DNA of 9,017 nt from Octopus sinensis (lineage: Eukaryota), in contig NW_021828292.1 of NCBI RefSeq assembly GCF_006345805.1, positions 1 through 9,017 of the forward strand, read 5' to 3'. Below the pieces are notes generated by a model. It saw only the letters and a list, made by a program, of their open reading frames with translations, was not told the origin of the DNA and did no database searches. Positions 1 through 7,448 of this stretch are shown here, in pieces (position 1 is the first letter of the stretch; every line of letters begins with the position of its first letter). A program made the position numbers and the translations under genes.

Positions 1-169
1 TTGTTCATATTTTATTTCTTTTTCGTTTTCCAATCCACTAGTAGATGTAATTTATCTATTTCTTATTATCAATCCGTCGAAACTTTTTTTCCTTTCTTTT
101 TTGACGGGAGGGTCAATATTTTGCAACATTGATTTAAAGTGATGTGGGAGTGTTTTGCTTTGTTTTATT

Positions 170-345
170 TTCTTCTTGTTGTTATTGTTTATATTTTTGT
201 TGCTGTTGATATCATTGTCGAAATGTCATTGTTAATTTCGTCGTTGTTAGAGATTCTCTCGTTCCCCTTGTACGTGTTCTAGCTGTTGTTGTTGTCGTCA
301 CGGTCGTTGTTGCTGTTGTTGTTCTTCTTGTTCGCTATTGTTGCT
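170..345. repeat. Degenerate (TTG/GTT)n low-complexity tract
   Basis: Recurrent gttgttgtt, gctgttgtt and gtcgttgtt runs. Confidence 0.7.
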
Positions 346-380
346 CGTGTTCTCGTTGCTTTCGGTTGGGCCTGTAATAT
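279..380 (-). CDS. Very tentative terminal exon ([33 protein letters not shown])
   Basis: Minus-strand aatatgcag|ATA acceptor, open phase-0 frame to TAG at 281-279, AATAAA at 169-164. Weak pyrimidine tract, low-complexity peptide and no recognised homology. Confidence 0.1.
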   Translation of the reverse strand: MLQAQPKATRTRATIANKKNNNSNNDRDDNNNS

Positions 381-446
381 CTGCATATTAAATTTGTAGT
401 AAGTTGTGTGCAACATGACAAAGGAGCTATTATGGAAAATACGCCA

Positions 447-696
447 AGAGAGAGAGAGGTGGAGAGAGAGGGGTGGAGAGAGAGAGAGAGAGAGACGGAG
501 AGACGGGCAGACAGACAGACAGACAGACAGGCGGGCGGACAGACAGGCAGACACAGAGACAGACAGACACATAGACAGACACACACAGACAGACACACAC
601 AGAGACAGACACACAGACAGACACACATACAGACACACAGACAAACAGACAGACACACAGACAGACACACAGACACACAGACACACAGACACAGAC
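447..696. repeat. Compound microsatellite (AG)n / (GACA)n / (CA)n
   Basis: Direct reading of the sequence. Confidence 0.95.

Positions 697-792
<96 letters not shown>
697..792. repeat. Perfect (AGAT)24 microsatellite
   Basis: 96 uninterrupted bases of AGAT. Confidence 0.98.
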
Positions 793-922
793 GGACACAC
801 AGACAGACAGATTAAAATAAAAGAAAATAGAAGCAAAGAATCTTCATTTCACAGAAAAGATTTCTCAGAATAAATCTTATTTACAAATTTAACAGATTTT
901 GACGCAATTATTGTGTGCGAAT

Positions 923-1495
923 GAAAGGAGAGAATGGGAGGATAAGAATAAGAGAGGGAGAGGAAGAAAGAGAAAAGGAGAGAAAGAGAGAAGATAAGAG
1001 GGAGAAAGCCAGAGACAGAGAAAAACAAAGGGGGAGAGAGAGAGAGAAAGAAATAGAAAGGAAGAGAGAGAGACAGACAGACAGAGAGAAATGCAAAGGA
1101 GAGAAAGGCAAAGGAGAGAAAGAGAGAGAGTGACAAAGAAAGAGAGAAAAACAAAGGCAGAGAGAGAAGGTAAGAGACAGACTGAGATTGAGAGAGAGAG
1201 AGAAAAGGGGAGAGAAAGAAAGAGAGAGGGAAAGAGAGAGGATAAGAGAGAGACGGTAAGAGACAGACTGAGATTGAGAGAGAGAGAGAGAGAGAGAGAG
1301 AAAAGAAATGAAAGGAAGAAAAGAAAGAAAGAAATCATGAACCCAACAGAAAAGCAAACGGAGAAAAAGTAAGAAACAAGAAGAGAAAAAAGGAGAGCGA
1401 GAGAAGACGAGAGGGACAGATTGATAGAGGTATTGAATGAGAGAGGAGAGAGAGAGAGAAAGCGAGAGAGGGAGAGAAACAAATATAGAAGGAAA
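923..1495. repeat. Polypurine (AG/AAAG) low-complexity tract
   Basis: Almost only A and G on the + strand; includes a short internal duplication (1169-1200 and 1255-1286). Confidence 0.9.
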
Positions 1496-1499
1496 GTGT

Positions 1500-1740
1500 G
1501 TTTCTTTCTTTTTATTTTTGTTTGAGGGGGTTTTTTCATCTCTTTTTTTTACGTGTTTTTTTTTTTCAATATTTATGATTATTTTTGTCCATTGTTGGAG
1601 GATATTTTCTGATAATTCTTGTTTATATTTGTTTTGCTTTTATTATTGTATTTTCTCAGAGTGGGTGGGTTTTTTTTTTTTTGTTGGGGTTTTTCCTTTC
1701 CTTTTTGGATTTATCTTGTTGTTTTTTTTTTATTATCGGG
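1500..1740. repeat. T-rich low-complexity tract
   Basis: Multiple T6-T12 runs with sparse G. Confidence 0.75.
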
Positions 1741-1771
1741 GTGGGGGGGGGTATGTAAATTTTCTTCTTAC

Positions 1772-1846
1772 CTGACCAATCATGATTAATCCAGTTCTTT
1801 GCCATTGAAGTTGTCGATAGTGTTGGCAGAACACACGCTGATATGT
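1772..1846 (-). CDS. Candidate 75-nt internal exon of an unidentified gene (frame 0: [25 protein letters not shown])
   Basis: Island of complex sequence between T-rich and (TA)n tracts. Minus strand reads tatatacag|ACATAT...GGTCAG|gtaaga, a consensus donor. Length is divisible by 3 and two of three frames are open. An alternative acceptor at 1837 gives 66 nt. Confidence 0.4.
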
Positions 1847-1848
1847 CT

Positions 1849-2055
<207 letters not shown>

Positions 2056-2123
2056 CACATACACATATGCAATATATTATAAAGAGAGAGAGAGAGGGGA
2101 GAGAAAAGGAAAGAAAGATTATA

Positions 2124-2289
2124 GGCGCAGGAGTGGCTGTGTGGTAAGTAGCTTGCTAACCAAGCACATGGTTCCAGGTTCAGTACCACTGCGTGGCATC
2201 TTGGGCAAGTGTCTTCTGCTATACCCCCCGGACCGACCAATGCCTTGTGAGTGGATTTGGTAGACGGAAACTGAAAGTAGCCTGTCGTA

Positions 2290-2332
<43 letters not shown>

Positions 2333-2549
2333 ATATGTTTGTGTGTCTGTGTTTGTCCCCCCCCCCTCCCATCATCGCTTGACAACCGATGCTGGTGTGT
2401 TTACGTCCCCGTCACTTAGCGGTTCGGCAAAAAGAGACCGATAGAATAAGTACTGGGCTTACAAAGAGTAAGTCCCGGGGTCGATTTGCTCGACTAAAGG
2501 GGCGGTGCTCCAGCATGGCCGCAGTCAAATGACTGAAACAAGTAAAAGA
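2124..2549 (+). mobile_element. tRNA-derived SINE type C (CORE-like segment, internal TA/TG microsatellite), full length
   Basis: A-box-like TGGCTGTGTGG (2134-2144) and B-box-like GGTTCAGTACC (2177-2187). tggcatcttgggcaagt (2194-2210) resembles the start of the CORE/MIR domain from recall. The 3' end ggtgctccagcatggccgcagtc..tgactgaaacaagtaaaag is shared with copies at 7032 and 7449. Flanking repeat ggaaagaaagattat at 2108-2122 and 2604-2618. Confidence 0.9.
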
Positions 2550-2617
2550 AAAAAAAAAGAAAAATGAAAAGAAAAAATACATAAAGAGAGAGAGAGAGAG
2601 AATGGAAAGAAAGATTA

Positions 2618-2710
2618 TGTGTGTGTGTGTGTGTTTGTACGTGCATGTTTGGGTGTGCGTTTCTGGGTGGGTGTGTTTGTATGTGTGTGCATGTATGTGT
2701 GTGTGTGTGT
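2618..2710. repeat. Degenerate (TG)n microsatellite
   Basis: Direct reading of the sequence. Confidence 0.9.
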
Positions 2711-3278
2711 GAGCCATATATTGACCACTCTCTTATATTTATTTTGTAAAAATATTATAATATGTTATAAATAATTATAATAATCCAGGTTTCTCGGAGC
2801 ACTAGGCCACTTGGTGTTGAATAGATATACTATTAAATTAGTATCTAATTCTCTCACCCTATTAATTATTATAATTATGCTGCTTTATTTCTAAATGCTG
2901 TATTTGTTTTCCGTGAAAGTTTGGCGCGCTGTTAGTTGGGGCATTTGAATTACAACGTCGGATGTAATCAATTGAACCACACGCGTATTTATCGTTATGG
3001 TAAAATTCTGGCGTGTGATTGAGTGGATTTCATCCAGATAGTTTTGGCTGACGAGCTACAAATGGATTTTTTTTGTAAGTAAAATTACATTTAATTCATT
3101 AATAGCGAAACAATTGTCCCAAAATAATCTGTATTTTTGTTATTTTTTATTTGCCCTGTCCGTGTGAGCTAACAATCGTACTGACTTTCATGGGAAACAT
3201 GTATTTTCGTGGTTGAAACCTTTTGGATTAACTGGTGCTAGAGTGAGCCATATAGTGACCACTCTCTTATATTTATTT
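2709..3278. repeat. 36-bp direct repeat pair (2709-2744, 3243-3278) flanking ~500 bp of non-repetitive sequence
   Basis: gtgagccatata(t/g)tgaccactctcttatatttattt, 35/36 identical. Confidence 0.9.
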
Positions 3279-3307
3279 ATTTTATAGAAATATATATACT
3301 TTATTTA

Positions 3308-3389
3308 AAAGCAAGAAATAAAAGAAAGAAAGATAAATGAAAGAAAGAAAGAAAGATAAATGAAAGAATGAAAGAAAGAAAGGAAGAAA
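3308..3389. repeat. (GAAA/GAAT)n low-complexity tract
   Basis: Direct reading of the sequence. Confidence 0.85.
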
Positions 3390-3429
3390 CTATGTTCTTT
3401 ATGGTAATCTTCCAAGAGTTACCTCCATA
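3388..3429 (+). mobile_element. Short RTE-like LINE fragment in inverted orientation (NYVLYGNLPRVTSI)
   Basis: 3406-3427 matches the reverse complement of 5419-5440 at 20/22. The peptide resembles the RTE 'LYGxLPxVTxTI' stretch from recall. Confidence 0.55.
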
Positions 3430-3454
3430 TAATTCGGTGTTTGTTCCCCTGCGT

Positions 3455-3612
3455 TCTTCGCAGACGAACACTTTGCTCCAGAATTCCTTCTCCTGCATTG
3501 CTCTTAATAGGTCTTTTTTTCAATAGACCAGTCTCTTTAACCAGATGGTCAATAAATGTCCTGGCAGGATGACCCCCTAAACTGTTCTCATGTTGGTTCC
3601 CACATCAGTATG
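3455..3612 (-). mobile_element. RTE-like LINE, 3' piece of a decayed ORF (LMWEPT*..GHPARTFIDHLVKETGL..DLLRAMQEKEFWSKV)
   Basis: Manual translation with frameshifts and a stop. Resembles the RTE C-terminal pattern 'LLWEPxHGxRxRGRPxxTYIDxLxxDTGL...AMxDRxxW'. Confidence 0.8.
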
Positions 3613-5345
3613 GCGATCTGGCAGAAGCGTTAGCACACCGTGCGAAATGCTTAGCGGTATTTCGTCTGCCGCTACGTTCTGAGTTCAAATTCTGCCTTTC
3701 ATCATTTTGGGGTCGATTAAATAAGTACCAGTTACGCACTGGGGTCTATGTAATCGACTTGACCCGTTTGTCTGTACTTGTTTGTCCTCTCTGTGTTTAG
3801 CCCCTTCTGGGTAGTAAAGAAATAGAAATAGGTATTTCGTCTGCCGCTACGTTCTGAGTTCAAATTTCACCGAGGTCGACTTTGCCTTTCATCTTTTCGG
3901 GGTCGATTAAATAAGTACCAGTTACACACTGGGGGTCGATATAATCGACTTAATCCGTGTGTCTGTCCTTGTTTGTCCTCTCTGTGTTTAACCCCTTCTG
4001 GGTAGTAAAGAAATAGAAATAGGTATTTTGTTTGCCGCTACGTTCTGAGTTTAAATTCCGCCGAGGTCGACTTTGCCTTTCATCCTTTTGGGGTCGATTA
4101 AATAAGTACCAGTTACGCACTGGGGTCTATGTAATCGACTTGACCCGTTTGTCTGTACTTGTTTGTCCTCTCTGTGTTTAGCCCCTTCTGGGTAGTAAAG
4201 AAATAGAAATAGGTATTTCGTCTGCCGCTACGTTCTGAGTTCAAATTTCACCGAGGTCGACTTTGCCTTTCATCTTTTCGGGGTCGATTAAATAAGTACC
4301 AGTTACACACTGGGGGTCGATATAATCGACTTAATCCGTGTGTCTGTCCTTGTTTGTCCTCTCTGTGTTTAACCCCTTCTGGGTAGTAAAGAAATAGAAA
4401 TAGGTATTTTGTTTGCCGCTACGTTCTGAGTTTAAATTCCGCCGAGGTCGACTTTGCCTTTCATCCTTTTGGGGTCGATTAAATAAGTACCAGTTACGCA
4501 CTGGGGTCGACGTAATCGACTTAATCCGTTTGTCTGTCCTTGTTTGTCCTCTCTGTGTTTAGCCCCTTGTGGGTAGTAAAGAAATAGATATTTCGTCTGC
4601 CGTTACGTTCTGAGTTCAAATTCCACCGAGGTCGACTTTTCCTTTCACTCTTTCGGGGTCGATTAAATAAGTACCAGTTATGCACTGGAGGTCGATATAA
4701 TCGACTTAATTCGTTTGTCTGTCCTTGTTTGTCCTCTCTGTATTTAACCGCTTCTGGGTAGTAAAGAAATAGAAATAGGTATTTTGTCTGCCGCTACGTT
4801 CTGAGTTCAAATTCCGCCGAGGTCGACTTTGCCTTTCACATCCTTCGGGGTCGATAAATTAAGTACCCAGTTTCGCACTGGGGTCGATATAATCGACTTA
4901 ATCCGTTTGTCTGTCCTTGTTTGTCCTCTCTGTGTTTAGCCCCATGTGGGTAGTAAATAAATAGGTATTTCGTCTGCCGCTACGTTCTGAGTTCAAATTC
5001 CGCCGAGGTCGACTTTGCCTTTCATCCTTTCGGAGTCGATAAATTAAGTACCAGTTACGCACTGGGGGTCGATATAATCGACTTAATCCGTTTGTCTGTC
5101 CTTGTTTGTCCTCTCTGTGTTTAGCCCCTTGTGGGTAGGAAAGAAATAGGTATTTCGCCTGAGTTCGCTTAGTGGTATTACGTTCTGAGTTCAAATTCCG
5201 CCGAGGTCGACTTTGCCTTTCATCCTTTCGGGGTCGATAAATTAAGTACCAGTTACGCACTGGGGTCGATATAATCGACTTAATCCGTTTGTCTGTCCTT
5301 GTTTGTCCTCTCTGTGTGTAGCCCTTTGAGGGTACTAAAGAAATA
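3612..5345 (+). mobile_element. Head-to-tail array of nine type-A tRNA-SINE units; one headed unit plus eight headless monomers
   Basis: Units at 3612-3830, 3831-4021, 4022-4211, 4212-4402, 4403-4586, 4587-4777, 4778-4963, 4964-5148 and 5149-5345. Only unit 1 has the head seen at 8850. AGTATG is duplicated at 3607-3612 and 5346-5351. Confidence 0.95.
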
Positions 5346-5533
5346 AGTATGTGACTCATTACTTCATCCTTGTTACGAAAGCAGTCTCCACAGAATTTCA
5401 GTCTTTTCTTCTTAATGGTGGAGGTAACACTTTGAAGATTGTGTGGGAACTGCCATTTGATGTTAAGGCTGCTCTCAGAAGTAATGCGCATGTTCCATCT
5501 AGGTTTCTTTCCAGAGTCTTAGTCCATGTAGTG
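5346..5533 (-). mobile_element. RTE-like LINE, middle piece (TTWTKTLERNLDGTCALLLRAAL/NIKWQ..VTSTIKKKRLKFCGDCFRNKDEVMSHI)
   Basis: Overlaps track ORFs 5398..5637 and 4898..5491. Joins in frame to LMWEPT at 3612 once the array and one TSD copy are removed (ATG AGT CAC ATA CTG ATG TGG GAA). Confidence 0.85.
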
Positions 5534-5921
5534 TGGAGGCGCAATGGCTCAGTGGTTAGGGCAGCGGACTCGCGGTCATAGGATCGCGCTTTCGATTCCC
5601 AGACCGGGCGTTGTGAGTGTTTATTGAGTGAAAACACCTAAAGGCTCCACGCGGCTCCGGCAGGGGATGGTGGTGATCCCTGCTGTACTCTTTCACCACA
5701 ACTTTCTCTCACTCTTACTTCCTGTTTCTGTTGTACCTGTATTTCAAAGGGCCGGCCTTGTCACTCTCTGTGTTACGCTGAATATCCCCGAGAACTACGT
5801 TAAGGGTACACGTGTCTGTGGTGTGCTCAGCCACTTACACGTTAATTTCACAAGCAGGCTGTTCCGTTGATTCGGATCAACCGGAACCCTCGTCGTCGTA
5901 ACCGACGGAGTGCTTCCATCC
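5534..5921 (+). mobile_element. tRNA-derived SINE type B, full length, 13-bp TSD
   Basis: A box TGGCTCAGTGG (5545-5555) and B-box-like CTTTCGATTCC (5589-5599). TSD agtccatgtagtg at 5521-5533 and 5922-5934. Second copy at 8210. Confidence 0.95.
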
Positions 5922-6015
5922 AGTCCATGTAGTGCAGCCGTATAAGAGCACGGCTTGTATTGCTGCTCGAGAAAAATATAGTTTTAATTCCTGTTTGCCA
6001 ATACAAAGCTTAAGA
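5922..6015 (-). mobile_element. RTE-like LINE, 5'-most recognisable piece (LKLCIGKQELKLYFSRAAIQAVLLYGCTTWT)
   Basis: LLYGCxTWT is typical of the post-RT region of RTE-clade LINEs. The frame is continuous across the SINE B TSD. The upstream boundary is approximate. Confidence 0.8.
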
Positions 6016-6438
6016 TTTGTGTTGGCAGACGGGAATATTTCTTCTTCGTACCTAAAGGCTTCGCGCAGTTAAAGTCGGGCGACCGAACTCACCGATGAGA
6101 TAAATCTGAAAATAATTAGTTTGTTATACGTTTCTTTGCATGAAAACATCAACAAATATATATTCGAAAAAAAAAACAGCGATGGCGACAGCTGGAACGC
6201 CTCTAATGATACATCGGATCATTAAGCGTGACCTGACGCAAAAAAAAAACAGCAGCAGCAACAACAACAGCATCAAAAACAACATTATGCCTAAAAAAAG
6301 GAAAATATTTATAATGTTGCGTAAGTGTATCCAAAAATGGATGTGTACATGCGTGTGTGTAAATGAGTGTGTGTGAGTGAAAGAGAAAGATAGGGAGACA
6401 GAGAGAGACAGAGAAAGAAAGTGAGGGAGTAAGCTCAC

Positions 6439-6528
6439 TTGCATCGTGGGGATAGTTCTAGAAGGGTCTTCTAAGAAAGACGTGATATTTTGTGAAAAGC
6501 GTCCATTAATAGCTGAGGTTTTTACTTT
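6439..6528 (-). CDS. Tentative 90-nt phase-0 exon (KVKTSAINGRFSQNITSFLEDPSRTIPTMQ)
   Basis: Minus strand reads ttctag|AAAGTA...ATGCAA|gtgagc. Only frame 0 is open, and phase is compatible with the 1772-1846 candidate. No homology recognised. Confidence 0.22.
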
Positions 6529-6540
6529 CTAGAACGGTTC

Positions 6541-6542
<2 letters not shown>

Positions 6543-6598
<56 letters not shown>
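6543..6598. repeat. (TA)n microsatellite
   Basis: Direct reading of the sequence. Confidence 0.97.
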
Positions 6599-6789
6599 GT
6601 TAATCCAAACAAGAAAGCACAAAAAAACACAACGCGAGGACGTGGAACAAATATAGTATTATTGGACGCTCAGGAAATAAGGAGGGTTTAACGTTTCGAG
6701 CGGAGCTCTTCGTCGGAAACATAGGAGAAAGAAAGATCCAAAGAAGGAAAGACAGAGGGAAAAAAATCTCCAACGGTACAGACGCGGTC

Positions 6790-6792
<3 letters not shown>
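6599..6792 (-). mobile_element. Probable Penelope-like element fragment or non-autonomous derivative embedded in (TA)n
   Basis: Complex ~190-bp sequence between two (TA)n tracts, containing a minimal hammerhead motif of the kind known from Penelope-like terminal repeats. No RT or GIY-YIG coding sequence is visible. Confidence 0.6.
6686..6720 (-). ncRNA. Minimal type-I hammerhead ribozyme motif, with core U4 replaced by C
   Basis: Minus strand: GTTT-CCGACGA-A-GAGC-TCC-GCTC-GAAAC-GTT|AAAC. Stem I GUUU/AAAC, stem II GAGC/GCUC, palindromic AACGTT at stem III, putative GUU cleavage triplet. Confidence 0.65.
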
Positions 6793-6796
<4 letters not shown>

Positions 6797-6837
<41 letters not shown>

Positions 6838-6892
6838 ATATATATATAATATATATATATATAAAGTATATATATATATTATACATATATAC
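6797..6892. repeat. (TA)n microsatellite, interrupted
   Basis: Direct reading of the sequence. Confidence 0.95.
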
Positions 6893-7031
6893 ATGCATAT
6901 AAGTATATTCTAATTGATGACTTTAGTATATATACCATATATTAGTGAACATACGAAATACCTTCTATAAAATACCTAAGAAAACCATACACATTGATGA
7001 CTGTTGTTATAACTGGCAACTACAATATGCA

Positions 7032-7389
7032 TACCAACCACATAGTTCTGGGTTCAGTCCCATTGCGTGGCACCTTGGGTAAGTGTCTTCTGCTATAGCT
7101 TCAGGTCGACCAAAGCCTTGTGAGTCGATTTGGTAGAGAGAAACTGAAAGACCGCCGTATCTGTGTTTGTGTCTATCTGTCCGTCAGTCTGTCCCACATC
7201 AGCGCTTGACAACCGATGTTGGTGTATTTACGTCCTCGTAACCTAGCGGTTCGGCAACAGACCGATATAATAAGTACCGGACTAAAAAAAAATATAAGGA
7301 CTGTGGTCGATTAATTTGACTAAAAATTCTTCAATGAGGTGCCCCAGTATGGCCGCAGTCTAATGACTAAAACAAGTAAAAGGTAAAAG
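7032..7389 (+). mobile_element. SINE type C, 5'-truncated and more diverged, almost no internal microsatellite
   Basis: Colinear with 2160-2549 (ggttcagtccc, tggcaccttgggtaagt, cgcttgacaaccgatg, atggccgcagtc, aacaagtaaaag). Confidence 0.85.
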
Positions 7390-7448
7390 CTACCTAATAT
7401 AATAAAACACGATGGCGCATCTGCAAAATACTCAAGTTAACCATACTA

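Noticed and set aside
697-792. (GATA)n as a sex-linked Bkm-type or regulatory array
   Set aside because: A common microsatellite; nothing in the window supports a function.
279-1775. Long ORFs in the track (e.g. 279..836, 889..1539, 406..702, 1437..1775)
   Set aside because: They are translations of (AGAT)n, (GACA)n, (AG)n and T-rich tracts (SIYL, LSLS, RERE repeats), which lack stop codons by composition.
3831-4021. Self-cleaving ribozyme inside the array monomer (retrozyme model)
   Set aside because: CTGAGTT is part of the B-box region, not CUGANGA. I could not build a hammerhead or HDV-like fold by eye. Kept only as an experimental test.
3612-5345. CRISPR array or tandem tRNA gene cluster
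   Set aside because: Units are ~190-bp near-identical monomers with no unique spacers, no cas genes and a eukaryotic context. No complete cloverleaf or anticodon arm could be drawn.
5534-5610. Functional tRNA genes at SINE heads (also 2124, 7449, 8210, 8850)
   Set aside because: They have A/B boxes but continue into shared SINE bodies, several with TSDs, and lack a proper acceptor stem.
4898-5870. ORFs 4898..5491, 5351..5581, 5398..5637 and 5628..5870 as genes
   Set aside because: They are chimeras of decayed LINE frame and SINE sequence, or antisense frames. The LINE has frameshifts and a stop and is not functional.
6052-6105. 54-nt minus-strand exon (ttttcag|ATTTAT...TTTAG|gtacga) or a 13-nt microexon using GTGAGT
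   Set aside because: The 54-nt version has stops in all three frames. The microexon is unsupported without transcript data.
6124-6894. ORFs 6124..6444, 6140..6376, 6600..6797 and 6688..6894
   Set aside because: Low-complexity (CAA/CAG, TG, TA) or Penelope-like terminal sequence with no recognisable domain.
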